This document shows positions 1-11,791 of a DNA stretch of 64,000 nucleotides, piece by piece. The DNA comes from Polymyxa betae A26-41 (lineage: Eukaryota > Protista > Endomyxa: Phytomyxea), in assembly GCA_003693705.1 (NCBI GenBank), contig RBZT01000441.1, positions 84,400-148,399 on the forward strand, read 5' to 3'. Under the pieces are notes generated by a model. That model worked only from the letters and a program-made list of their open reading frames with translations, was not told where the DNA came from and searched no databases. Position 1 is the stretch's first letter. Each line of letters starts with the position of its first letter. The translations under genes and the position numbers were made by a program.

Positions 1-353
1 CAAGAAAACCAGCCGAAACTGCCAAGACATGTGAAAAATACCTTTGATTCGGTGATTCTTTGGGGCAATCTATCTGTGTAGACGCTCCTGAGAATCTTTA
101 GCCGGTTTAGTCAATCTAATCGTGCCGATTAAGCTCATGTTTGACCAAACCCATTGCCTATAAACATATTGGCAGTAAAGGGAATAGTCACTGGCGAGGA
201 ATAGTCACTGGCGATTATAGCTACAGAGGCAATGTCATTCTTTGCCCAAAAACATGAATTCCGGGAGCATCATCACTCGGTTTCATGCACAGGGTTGGCA
301 CTAACATATCGAAGAATTTATGGGATCGAGACATTGTTACAAATGACTGATTC

Positions 354-1250
354 CTACGACGAGTCACCGACTCGCATCCTCACGAATCCATCAATATTCA
401 TATTGCCCAGCATTTCGGAAATCTTTGTTGCTGAATCACCAATGGCAAATGTTTGCTCCAGCAACGCTATGCCAGATTTCCATTTCTTCAGCTTACCCTC
501 GACGATACCCTTCGTGACATGATCGGGCTTCCCGAGCTGCTCTGCTTGTGCTGCCATTATGGCACGTTCAGCGTCGACAACATCGGCCGGGACGTCTTCT
601 GGCCTCAAATATTGGGGCGATGCTGCTGCAATATGCATGGCGATCTGATCAGCTTTGGCTTTATCATCGCCCACATAGCGCAGAAGTACACCGATCTGGC
701 CAATATCGCTGCGATTTGGAGAGCGATTATGAATGTAGGAGGCGAACTGTTGTCCCGGCTCAAGAAGCAGACCACGAGCTGATTTCAAAACAATATTCTC
801 CCGAATAGCAAGCAATGCATCATTGAAATCTTCCCGGGCTCGGTCTCGTAGGGAATCGAGATCTGGATTCGTCCAGTTCTGTGAAGATCTACACTCGTCC
901 AGAGCCAAATGCGATAGTCGAGCCGCTAAACTCACGAATCGATCAGTTTTAGCGACGAAATCGGTCTCTGATTGCAGTTCGACAAGTACAGCTCCATAAT
1001 CATTACGTGCTAATGCAATGACACCTTGGTTAGTTTCCCGATCTGCCTTTTTGCTGATAGATGCTAACCCAGCTGTACGTAAATAACGTTGGGCAGCTTC
1101 GATATCAAGTGAGGAAACTAGAAGGGCGGTTTTGCAGTCAACGATGGGAGCGTTAGTTCGTGCCCGAAGAGTCTTGATGAGTTCCATCGGGACATTGGCG
1201 GGCGGAGCCGTCGCCGTTGAAAATAAACGGCGGCAAACGCAAGCAATCAT
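354..1250 (-). CDS. TSFM: Mitochondrial translation elongation factor Ts
   Basis: N-terminal UBA-like ELIKTLRARTNAPIVDCKTAL, ELQSETDFVAK, IAMHIAAASP and C-terminal FVRMRVG. The ATG at 1250 gives a presequence-like MIACVCRRLFST. Intronless. Confidence 0.95.
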   Translation of the reverse strand: MIACVCRRLFSTATAPPANVPMELIKTLRARTNAPIVDCKTALLVSSLDIEAAQRYLRTAGLASISKKADRETNQGVIALARNDYGAVLVELQSETDFVAKTDRFVSLAARLSHLALDECRSSQNWTNPDLDSLRDRAREDFNDALLAIRENIVLKSARGLLLEPGQQFASYIHNRSPNRSDIGQIGVLLRYVGDDKAKADQIAMHIAAASPQYLRPEDVPADVVDAERAIMAAQAEQLGKPDHVTKGIVEGKLKKWKSGIALLEQTFAIGDSATKISEMLGNMNIDGFVRMRVGDSS

Positions 1251-2298
1251 GATAAGAATGGCAGAGTCGGCTGTGAACACTTTGGTCTCAGATTGGAACT
1301 GGCTGAGCGCATGTACCGGTATAGCGTGGTGTCATTATTGCCGTTAGGTAACCCCTATTGGCCCAGCAACCTCAAATTCATGCATGTGATTTGTAGAACG
1401 ATTTTCGTTTAGCTACTCTTCTTCTTTGGATCTTGGAACATACGGATGCGAGAATTGGATCACATTTATATCTGCTATGTTCAGCAATTAAAATTTGTAA
1501 CAACGAGGCTGGATAAGCAAGCCTGGGGTATGTCCAACTCAAGATGTTTTGCAAAGTTTCTAGTCTCCAGGGTTGATGATAAACAGCGATTGCATACCAC
1601 ACTTAAACTTTTGCTTTGCTGACTTCACATTGTTAAACGACCAACTTCATCAACCAATTGTGTGATGCTTTTGAGATCTCAGGTTGACATGATTCTATTA
1701 CGGTCCTACCTAGGTCATTCAGGCTGGTAGATAGTGCACTCAGCTGCTAATGTATTTTCGTCTCTCCCTCTGATTTAATGAGTGCATCCCTGACGACGCA
1801 TATCGAGCAATCAGCAGTAGCGCCATTATCGAGATGTGTGCGGCAACTCGCCAGCAATACGAGGCATCTCAATTGGATCACTGCTGGCAGCAAGCGTCAA
1901 CGCCAAGAGTAGCAATAAGACGAGCCCAAGCAGCAACGACGATATCATCGACATTACTTTAAATCGATGAGGTAGCCTTTGGTGAAGCGCCATCTGTGTT
2001 GATGCTACATACTCCGATTAGAATGAAAATACCGGTAGACAAGACTATTAGAGTTTGAAATTGATCGAGCAGAGCTCAGGCTACAAAGTGAATGGTGTGA
2101 TAGACTAATGTAAAACATGAAACACAGCTGATATGCTGTCATTGTTGTTAGCACAGCGAACTCCCGAATGTGTCTCAAACCAGCAAACCACAGCAAGGAA
2201 ACGAATCCGTGATCGGACCTCTTTGTTGGCGAATTGAAAGACTGATAGTCCTGCTGCTGTTGTTTTGCACTCTGCCATAATTCAAATCTCTAAACTCA

Positions 2299-3066
2299 TC
2301 AAAGCCCGCGTCCGGCAAGAATTTGACAGATGACATCGCGAAAGAAGACGCTGGCATCGAAATGACAGTCACCAGAGCCAGGTAATCGCCAATCAACTTG
2401 CTCATAGTGGTCGGCAGCAATCGTGCCAAGATATTCACCCCATTTGGCACTAATCACAGAGACCAGGCCATCATTATCGCCTTCTCTGCTAGCAATATAT
2501 GCATGTGATGGTCGCAGGACAAAAGGTATATGTACTGGTGGCTTGCTGGCACCGAAAGAAAAATATTGAACGTTTTTGTGATTAGGGGTTCGGCTGTTAA
2601 ACTCTCGCTGGGATGCTGTTGTCAGATCGTAGAACACCTTGGCGTCGATGCCAGCATAATGAAGCATTGCTTCGATTCGTAGACGTTGGCCGAGTGTAGA
2701 GACGCCCCAATCAGCTAAAGTTGTACCTCGATGAGGCGTTGCAATAGTCGTAATCGATGCTACCAGCTGATGCCCGTCTAAATGTGATACCAAATAGCGG
2801 GCATCTAAACCACCCAGAGAATGAGCTATCAAGTTGAATCGCTGATACGGTGCAGATTTTTCTGAATTCTTCAGGTCCACGATAAACTCCTTCAAGAACC
2901 GAGCGCGGTTCGGAATATCGGCCCCATGCGGTATCAGCGGCTCGAGTACAATGCAGCCGAGATCGCGACGCAGCACAGCGGCGACTCGGTTAAAGTACTG
3001 AATTCGCAATAGGCGCCCGACATCCATGAGCCCATGGCATAGGACAATAGGATATCTGGGTCTCAT
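2299..3066 (-). CDS. Triacylglycerol lipase, alpha/beta hydrolase (TGL2 / bacterial family I-like)
   Basis: YPIVLCHGL, nucleophile elbow AHSLGG, TIATPHRG, NDGLV and DH motifs. Confidence 0.9.
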   Translation of the reverse strand: MRPRYPIVLCHGLMDVGRLLRIQYFNRVAAVLRRDLGCIVLEPLIPHGADIPNRARFLKEFIVDLKNSEKSAPYQRFNLIAHSLGGLDARYLVSHLDGHQLVASITTIATPHRGTTLADWGVSTLGQRLRIEAMLHYAGIDAKVFYDLTTASQREFNSRTPNHKNVQYFSFGASKPPVHIPFVLRPSHAYIASREGDNDGLVSVISAKWGEYLGTIAADHYEQVDWRLPGSGDCHFDASVFFRDVICQILAGRGL

Positions 3067-3262
3067 TGAACTGAGACATAGACACCAGCACCCCACCACC
3101 ACCCCCGACACCCATCAGACATTAGAAGGCCGTCCCGCCGATACAGACAGACGCATCTCTTAGCAATTCTCCTCTTGTAACTCAGACGTCTCTGCCCTTC
3201 TATCATTATTTCTTCTCAATAGCCAATACGCTGTTCGTTCTGATTTCTTCGTCGAAACAATC

Positions 3263-4967
3263 ATGAATTTGGTCATCATGATCATGCGGGTGAGCCCATG
3301 GGGCTGCCCGTCACAATCCGTTCTATAGACAGAGCGCTGGTCATGAGGATGTCGCTGGCCGACCATCTAATAGTCAGGTGAGACAGCTGGGAATCTTCGG
3401 TCTCGATCATTGATCCGGAAATAAGTGGCGAATACAACTATGACGATGATGGTTCGTACAGCGACGATTTCGATGGTGGTCTAGAAGCCGAGCATATTGT
3501 ACCTGGCGAATCTCATGATACTAACCAAGAGCGCCATGACGAGGCATGTTCTGTCTCCACAATGGAGAATATCTCTAGCCCAGCCAGGAAACTGACTAAT
3601 ACTAACGGGAGAAAGCTGAGAATCCCTAAAGCTGTAGCGAAAGCCGCCAGCAATATGCCCCAAGAACCTAGAACACATTCGATGGAATTAGCTCGACAAT
3701 ATGGTCTGTTTGTTGTTGTGTTTCTAACCTGGGAGATGCTTATTGATTTAGGATCTATGAATCTACAGGACAGATTAGCTCATATATCAAAACGGCTTAA
3801 GCATGAGCAGAAGGTTGATGAACTAGGCCCAGTTTACGATATCCATTCTAAGCATGGCAACAGGAAAATAGCCGGCTACGTGATGCCCTTCTGCAGCTTC
3901 AGCGGTCACAAAAGAGCCCCGAATTTGAGAATGAGAAGGCGGATCTCAAGCGACAACTGAAAGAGTCTAAAAGTGAGATTAAGACACTTAAAACGGTAAT
4001 GTCCCATCCACCAACTACCATGATGTGATTAATGGATCACAATAGGAACTACGACGATATGAGACAGCGCAAGCTGAATATCAGCAATCAGTCTCTGACT
4101 ATCCAGAACGAATACGCTCGTTGACAAAAGATCTTCGCCAATCGAAAGAGAAGTGCAATGAACTTCTTTCACAGCATCGTGATAATGAGAGACAGATCCG
4201 AGTGCAACATGATAAGATCTGCACGGTGATCAATGGATATGTCAGCTACTGTGTGATATGCTGACTTGGCTTACAGCTGCAGAAACAGCTGCAAGGTTAT
4301 TCGCAGAATGCCAAGAAGGGCAATACGAAACCTGATCTAGAACGAAACGCATGGCTCAATCAGGAAAAGGTGAGATTATGTGCACATGTTTTGCTCCCTC
4401 TTGAATCTGTCCTGAACGCCAGGAATATCGTCGTCAAATTACTGATTTGAAGAGTAATTTCCAGAAAGAACAGAAACGCAACCGACGGATGTCCACATCA
4501 ATGAAAACTATGAGAGATCAATTTGAAGGCAGGGATTACAGCTGTTTTGCATAATTTCGTGTTCATCTTTGAAACTTCAGGCGAGATCATTCGGTTGGGA
4601 AACTTGCTGAAAGAAAAGGACAGGAAACTATCAAATTCTGTGCATAAGTTCTCTATAACTGGCCAACGTGAAGGAGCTCCATCACGAAGTGACGCCCTGC
4701 GGTTGTCCATGACGTCCAGAGAAGGGGATCATGACATTGATATATTGTCAAATAATTCTGATATCGGTTGGACGATCACTGTCCAATCTAGAAACTGTAT
4801 TTGACTCATTGTTTGCAGCTCAAGAATTACAGACATCACTTCAGCAAATCAAGTCTGCATTTCCATCAGAGAGCGGTTCCGATCCTATCATTGACGACAA
4901 TATTTTTAATGACTATGCAGCCGACGATTTTGCAGCAGATGACTATGAAGAAGATTTCGATGAATAA
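3263..4967 (+). CDS. Multi-exon coiled-coil protein of unknown function (boundaries approximate)
   Basis: Run of E/K/Q-rich ORF pieces separated by short GT..AG introns, ending in an acidic tail (DDYEEDFDE*). Confidence 0.5.
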
Positions 4968-5059
4968 ATTCCATCGAATAAAACATTTACAGCTACAAGA
5001 GTCGTCGCTCTTCACACTTCGTCCATTAAGTAAGTCTTGCAGCGTGTGAAACGGTGGTA

Positions 5060-5092
5060 TGCGCTGTCGGAAATCGAACCCGGGGCCAAGCC
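5060..5092 (-). pseudogene. tRNA-like 3' half (T-arm/B-box plus acceptor 3' strand, Gly-like); no 5' half found
   Basis: Minus strand reads GGCTTGGCCCCGGGTTCGATTTCCGACAGCGCA: a GGTTCGATT T-loop and a GCGCA end typical of tRNA-Gly. No matching GCGCTG 5' acceptor strand nearby. Confidence 0.55.
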
Positions 5093-5184
5093 CCATTGTA
5101 GCTACATGCTTTTGCTCGGTGTACATACCTATGGTATGTATGTCCCATTTGTATTCTAACAAGAGGTATCTAGTGTTTCTTGAA

Positions 5185-5450
5185 GCGTCCCCTTATTAGT
5201 GAAACTCTCACGGGACACTACCTGGGCGTCGTGGGCGGAGAAGTGTCACTCTCCTGCACTTCACTCGTTATGGGAATGCACCTCCTAACCCTGCGCACTC
5301 ACACGGTTGCGATTAACTCGACGGTGGAGAGCTCCAACGACGTACCTTCTGGCACATGCTTGAGCAAAACCATCAGATGCGCCCGATGCACTTTCTAACC
5401 AGAACGCTCCGAGTAGAATGTGAGTCTCCCCAGAAGGGTTGACGCATTTT
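5185..5450 (+). ncRNA. Candidate Pol III structured RNA (~266 nt), possibly telomerase RNA
   Basis: Intergenic. 5' GCGTCCCCTT pairs with 3' AAGGGTTGACGC, followed by ATTTT, with no internal T4 run on +. CCTAACCCT at 5284-5292; upstream TGTCCCAT at 5141. Confidence 0.5.
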
Positions 5451-5534
5451 GACCCTCAAAACTTTCCCGATGAGGACAAACATAAATAAGGTCAATTCCG
5501 CTAAATCCTGACCAAAGATGTTGAGGTTATTCGG

Positions 5535-6564
5535 TTATTGTATTATGCAATTATTCGTTTTATCAATTTGTCGGATCTCACCCGAATTACAACTGATCTT
5601 GAAGGTTGCAGTTACAGGCCGATGATCCGATGTTCTAATTGTATCAGTGCTATTATAACCCGTATTCTTAATATTATCACTGGCTTTCCATAGAATACGA
5701 TCTGTCCATGATGGAACTCGCTGCTTTGTGCTTGTGTCGTACAGATCGGAATTCTTATCATATTTATACGTGGGAGCGAACCTGATCTCAGCTTCTTGAA
5801 ATCCTGAGAATACTGTCCCTCTCCTCATCTCAATACCAAGCTGCTCATTAGCCTTCATAACTTCCGCCATTTGACGCCGCAGTAGATTGTCCACCATTCG
5901 ACGCCCACCGTTAATCCGGTAATTTAGATCACCGAACCAGAATACAATGTCAAAGAATTCCGATACCGATTGTCGCTTAGTTGAATTCAACAGATTCATG
6001 GTGTTGTTGATCATATGGAAATCCGCATTCCTTTGTTCTATATCAGAATCATGTGCATGAAAATGACAATTGATGAAGGCGAGAGATGTTTGACCCAGAT
6101 AGAATGATACCCCAACACCACCTAAATCACAATCAATACTGTTGCCAGCAGTTCAACGAATAGTTACCTTTGTTGCCGATTATATTGCCGATACCGGTAG
6201 CAACGCTACTTGCACAGTTCGACGAGATATATGGTAGAAGAGAACGACGTAAAAATACGATTAGATGAATGGCATTCAATGTAATACGTTGTATTGGAAG
6301 CCATTCAGAACCCATATGCTGTTTAAGCTGATTCTCCCATTTCGTTTTATCATCGTACACAATAGCAACTTCCATAGATTGACCACATTCTTCAGTACCA
6401 ATAGCATAGATATCATACTGATTTGGTGGTATAAAATCAGTCAAATCTGGAGGAGGATCCTGTGCATGTAGATTCCATGTCCCAATAAATACAGATAGAG
6501 ATCTGCATTTGTTGGCATCGTCGTCTACCTCAATCTTCTGATAGAGGTCCTCACCATTATCCAT
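5535..6564 (-). CDS. INPP5E: Inositol polyphosphate 5-phosphatase, INPP5E-like
   Basis: GTWNL, GNKG, FWFGDLNYR, PTYKY, PSWTDRILW and SDHRPV motifs; C-terminal CaaX (CIIQ); intron 6122-6167. Confidence 0.88.
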
Positions 6565-7193
6565 AATCCGCCTCAATACAGTACCGAATCCGATCGAGGC
6601 ACATGCATTATAAGTTGTTAACACGAGATCTCGGGACAACAATAAACCACGAATTGCTCACAAATGTTACCAGAAGACAACAAGCGTTCGGTACAGAGAA
6701 GAAAGCAGAAACACGAAGTAGAATTGTGAACGTTTACTAAATCGCCCTTCCATCCTGGACAGACGAATTGATGTGAAGATTTCTAAAGGACGACGAGAAA
6801 TCGCATTGAAAATGATGGATAAACCTGATGCTCTACAAACATCAACGTGATGATGTGGCAAAATCACAACAACAATCCAACACGAGTGGTTTCATACTCG
6901 GACGATGCGGCCAGTACGGCAGCTGGATCCTGATCCGAATGAAGGCGTAATCCTGTTGAAATCCAACAACAGCTCGATTGGGCAACTGATGATGTTCGGC
7001 CTCATGCTGAGCCTGTTTGAAAATAAGTCCGTAAAACTCCAACTTTGAGTTCTGTAGATTTTTAACAGTGAGCGAGAATCTCGGATTGTTTTTCTGTTAC
7101 CTCACCAGTCACAACATATCTGGTTGAGACAGGTCACAGGGTAGACTAGACCTTGTAGGTGGATCATCTCATCATTACAGTTTGATATCATCC

Positions 7194-8429
7194 ATGGCTG
7201 GAGCTGGTGAAGAGAAGGCTCTCGTCAAATCTCTCACCTGCATTGCATGGAATGCCGATCGCTCCCAGATCGCACTCTGCCCCAACAATAACGAGGTCCA
7301 GATCTATTCGGTCGCCGGCGTCGATGTATCAGCCTGGAAGCTGCTCCATGTTTTAAAAGAGGTTTTTGGATTAGAACCCCATTTACATCAACCTCATGAA
7401 ATCTCTTAGCATGATTCGCTGGTCTCTGGCATTGATTGGTGTCCACATACAAACCATATTGTGACCTGTGGTCATGATAGAAACGCTTATGTATGGAAAT
7501 ATGCAGATGGTGTATGGTCTCCAACATTGGTCATATTACGAATCAATCGGGCTGCTATAACTGTCAAATGGTCGCCATCGGGAGTGAAATTTGCAGTTAC
7601 AAGCGGAGCCAAAGTCGTTCCCATTTGCCATTACGAGCAAGGCAATGATTGGTGGGTCAGTAAGACTATCAAGAAGCACAAATCAACCGTATTGGCTCTC
7701 GACTGGAATCGCAACAACAAGTTCATCGTGACGGGCTCTGCTGATTTTAAATGCAGAATATTCTCAGCGTTTATTGAGGATGTCGACGCTGACGAAGATC
7801 ACGATGCCTGGGCGGGCATCTTCCCGGCTCAGAACAAATTCGGAACGCAGCTGGCCGAATTTAGTGCCGAGGGATGGGTCGAGACCGTGGCCTGGTCGCC
7901 CAATGGCTATCGGCTCGCATTCGCTTCTCATGATAGCTACGTTCATTTCGCTCAAATTCTAACAGAAGGGCCTCCAGTCTGCAGCTCGATTCAGACAGTG
8001 TTTCTGCCATTCATAGCCGTGGCATTTCTGTCGAACGACGCCGTCGTTTTTGGAGGGTATGATTGCAATCCGATTCTGTTTGTTAATTCAGGGTCGGAAG
8101 CCGAGCCACGATTTCAAGTTCACAGCGTTCTTGATAAGATGGTGGCGACGCCAACCACAAAGAAGGCAGCGTCCAACTTCTCTAATGTTAAGAATCTGTT
8201 CGATGCATCGACCCGAATGGGACTCACATTTGGCGGAGAATCCAGTGATGCTGCTGGCGCCTTGAAGACCCGACATCAAAATGCTATCAATGGATTGGTT
8301 CAGTTCTGGGCGGACGCTTCCAGATCGTTCGCGTTGGAATTCTGCACGTGTGGTGTTGATGGGCGCATCCTTACCTGGGATGTCTCGAAAATGCCAGATA
8401 TTAATCTGCCCAGTATTGGTCTTGCATAA
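7194..8429 (+). CDS. ARPC1: Arp2/3 complex subunit 1 (p41-Arc), WD40
   Basis: AWNADRSQIALCPNNNEV, DRNAYVW, PTLVILRINRAA, NDWWVSK and DFKCRIFSAFI; intron ~7362-7409. Confidence 0.96.
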
Positions 8430-8695
8430 AATCGAATTTAAGTAATCACAGCGTAGCGACATTTGCCTGAGGCTTAGTTTCGGCAATTTAATCAGAAAAT
8501 TATCGGCTGTAATCGTGGCTAAACATCGCCATTCGTGACAGGCGTCAAGGAGAACTATCGTGAACTCGCCTATGTGGCCAAAAGGATTTTCGTGATTGGT
8601 AGAAATCATGTTCGGAGGCAATGCCCATACAGATGAACCATATTGAATCAATCAACAACAATACACAAAGAAGTCAACCTGGATTCTTAAGCGAC

Positions 8696-9577
8696 ATGAA
8701 GTTCCTAATTCTAACTCTGACTGGAATTCTAGTGCTCCAAACATCTAATGCGAACGTCGGTTTCGCCAAGTTCTTGTTCGCAAACGACATCTGTTCAACT
8801 ACAACTGGATGGATTCGTGGCTCATACAGCTGTTTATGTCATGAAGGTGCATTGGTGGGATGCATGAATAACACGAATTGCTCGTATGTTAGCAGCTGTC
8901 GTCCAATACCATCATGCACCAATGACCAGTTTCTGAGCTGCAACAACCAATCACTGTGTCTGCAGGGACTGAATTGTACCTCAGGGCGGCATTGTCGGGT
9001 GATGACATTCTGTCAGTCAGTTCTGACTCAACGTAAAGTCTGCATCCCAAGATCTGGCAGCAAGAATTTTACAGTATCATCCAATCAGAAGCCGTCCCAA
9101 CCGCAGAGCTTTGCCTATCAAAAATTTACCAGCCTACAGGCCGACGGCAATCTCGCTAATTCTACAGACAACGCTACAGCGAAAACGCAAATCAGCGGCG
9201 ATACGATGCGCCCGACAATCGAAGCCACAGCAGCGCCAGAAACCGCAATCAGCAATACGACGGAAAGCGCTACATCAGCGCCAGAATCCATCAGCAACAA
9301 TACAACGGCGAAAGTTACGGCAGCGCCGTCGGCGAATGCGACAACGGCGCCAGAACGCGAAACAGTGCAGAACGAATCGCAGAATGGAAACGCGACTGGA
9401 CCTGCGATGACATGCTGGATTGAGACATTCCCAGCCATTGGCTGCCGAAACATCACTCAATGTTATCCAACTTATCAGTGTGTATTCCAGCCTAAATGCA
9501 TCAATATCAGTCGCTGTATTCAGAATGGTACTTGCCAGGATTCCAGCACTTGCAGGCCTGTATGGCAATGCGGTTGA
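8696..9577 (+). CDS. Secreted Cys-rich protein with central Ser/Thr/Ala mucin-like linker
   Basis: Signal peptide MKFLILTLTGILVLQTSNA, Cys-rich N- and C-terminal blocks, many N-x-S/T sites. Confidence 0.75.
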   Translation: MKFLILTLTGILVLQTSNANVGFAKFLFANDICSTTTGWIRGSYSCLCHEGALVGCMNNTNCSYVSSCRPIPSCTNDQFLSCNNQSLCLQGLNCTSGRHCRVMTFCQSVLTQRKVCIPRSGSKNFTVSSNQKPSQPQSFAYQKFTSLQADGNLANSTDNATAKTQISGDTMRPTIEATAAPETAISNTTESATSAPESISNNTTAKVTAAPSANATTAPERETVQNESQNGNATGPAMTCWIETFPAIGCRNITQCYPTYQCVFQPKCINISRCIQNGTCQDSSTCRPVWQCG

Positions 9578-9713
9578 ATGCTCAGTTCTCGTTTCCCAAT
9601 CCCAACATGAAACCTTCTGAATTTCCATTGACGTCTCATAACTTCACATATAGATAAACAAGAATTGTGTCTGTGCTGAATGCAGTAGATTGTTTGTCAA
9701 GGCTTTCCTTATC

Positions 9714-10669
9714 TTACGATTTATTTCGATTGGATATTCGCATAGATCGTGTTGGCAGCCTCAATGCTTCCAGGCGATCTAAATCGAGCCTGGCGGCAAT
9801 ATGATCTCGGAATTCAAATCGGCCCTTTTTACGTTGAGATCGGCATTCTGTCTTTATAAAATCAATCAGATCAGATTTCACTTTTGAATCGACATTTGAG
9901 GTCAAATTAGCGAAACTAAAGCGCTTGCGAATCTGAATCAGATCGCGAACTGAAAACGCAGAATGTGCTGGGGAGGGTTTGATGCAATGCTTTGGAGAAC
10001 TTTCAGGAACTGATAATATATAATTCCGAAGATCGGTGTGATCTTCATTGTCATCTGAGCGGGAGCGCTGATAAGCAGCAATGGAAGCTGAAAGCGATGC
10101 TATCAGTGCGTCTCGTTCATGAAGAGCTGCAATCAGATCGCCACGCTGCGACTGTAAAACTTGAATTTCATCGAAGGCTTGTTCTAACTACATTGAATTT
10201 TAGCGATAACAATTCATTTGTAGTCTATTAGCATTACAAGCTGGAGAGATTGCTGTTGCAAACCAAGGATATGTTGCTGAAAGATTTCGGATTCGCGGCT
10301 TTTCGTACGAAATCGAGTCCCGTCTTCTTCTTTGACAAACCTCAATTCAACGGCCGCTTCATTACCAGGAAAACGTTCGCCCTCATGGAATGATCCAGTT
10401 GAAAACTTTTTCCGATGATACCGATTCTGCGGTCTCAACTGCCTGCGTTGACGGTTTGTCGGTCCAGATGGAGGACGTGGCCAGGCTCCATTTCCTTCAT
10501 CTGAATCCGTACTGGACAGGTTCAGGATCTTATCCGAGAATCTCCATTGCGAATCAGAATCCAGATCAGCACGATGCATCGAACTGTGACGAACAGAAAT
10601 CAGCTCTCTGCCTGTCGATTGATTTTGCCGGAATGGCCCAGTTGCCTCCAGAGAATTAAGAATTGTCAA
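9714..10669 (-). CDS. Hypothetical multi-exon protein
   Basis: Co-oriented ORF pieces (151 aa and 63 aa) with protein-like composition; no family recognised. Confidence 0.35.
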
Positions 10670-10813
10670 ATGGTTTAAAGGACCTATTATTATACTGATT
10701 AGGATGAGACGACTAACAAAGATTGCAGGCTTCCTTACCTACCCGGGATAGACATTTGATCTAGTGAGAAGAGACATAACAGAAAATGGCCTGTTTAGTG
10801 CATCAGCTTTTGT

Positions 10814-11791
10814 TTAGATTTCATCATCGCGGTTGATCTTTATGTTCGGCAGCGCTTCTGCAAGGACTGCAACATCTACATCGCAGCAGCCAATCAGATT
10901 CAAAATCTTCAGCGAGCTACACGCGATTAACGGGTCGACATCATGAATTCGAGTATGAGATAGATCCAATGTCGCCATCCGAGTGCAATTCGATAGTGGC
11001 TCAACATTATCAACCCAGGTCCCATACAAATTCAAAGAACGAATAGGTCGACATGATGATAGGACTGATAGCAGCTGGACTCGAGTCTCTCTTAGATTGA
11101 GATGCTCGATGTAAGGGCATCCATCTAACGGCTCGATATCACTTAGGTTTCGTAACCCTCTGGCGCTTAGCGTGATTAAACGTCTACAAGCTCGTAGTGG
11201 TGTGAAATCGCTCACACGACATCCATCCAGCAATAATGTAGAGAGGAAGACGCACGATGCGAGAGCATCAAGATTGAAAACTGGCGTCTGACGTAGGTCA
11301 AGTTCAATGAGTTCTCTGCATGATCGCAGAGAACTGATATCAGCAACAGAACAACGTCGAAGATTGAGATGCTTTAAATGAGGGCAGTAAGACAGAGCAG
11401 AAATATCCTTAAGCTCGATACAAACAGACATATCCAGATGGGTTAGCTTCACACACGATGATAATGAACCGATATTGTCGATCTTCGTTCCGGAAATATT
11501 CAGATTGGTGAGCTTAAGTAACCGTGATATGGATGTCGCCCTGGAGATCCTCGTATGGGAGATATCTAAAGAGTATAAACCAATGTATCCTTTCAGTAAG
11601 CGTTTCAGGTGATAATTGCAGAATATTCGTCGATCGGTCGGTTGTAGTGAAGTTACTCTGGACAGGCACGCAGTACGAATCGCACGGTTGCTCTGCATTA
11701 AGCAGCATTTATCCAGCCAGGTTAGGCACTCCCAAACCTGATCCGCCGGAGGCCATGGCCGGCTGAAGAAATCTCCCCAATCTGCCATCAT
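10814..11791 (-). CDS. Leucine-rich repeat protein with possible N-terminal F-box-like segment
   Basis: About 11 repeats of LxxCxxLxxLxLxxTxV/I, 22-23 aa each; intronless. Confidence 0.88.
   Translation of the reverse strand: MMADWGDFFSRPWPPADQVWECLTWLDKCCLMQSNRAIRTACLSRVTSLQPTDRRIFCNYHLKRLLKGYIGLYSLDISHTRISRATSISRLLKLTNLNISGTKIDNIGSLSSCVKLTHLDMSVCIELKDISALSYCPHLKHLNLRRCSVADISSLRSCRELIELDLRQTPVFNLDALASCVFLSTLLLDGCRVSDFTPLRACRRLITLSARGLRNLSDIEPLDGCPYIEHLNLRETRVQLLSVLSSCRPIRSLNLYGTWVDNVEPLSNCTRMATLDLSHTRIHDVDPLIACSSLKILNLIGCCDVDVAVLAEALPNIKINRDDEI

Noticed and set aside
181-214. 17-bp direct duplication ggaatagtcactggcga
   Set aside because: Two adjacent copies only; probably slippage, with no element ends visible.
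5086-5100. Minus-strand ACAATGGGGCTT resembling RNase MRP CR-V
   Set aside because: No partner GAAAGTCCCC upstream on that strand.
5185-5450. RNase P/MRP, SRP or U3 identity for the candidate RNA
   Set aside because: GAAACTCTCAC and GTGAGTCT do not form the canonical bulged P4, and there is no room for P2/P3 before them. No SRP helix-8 motif and no C/D boxes.
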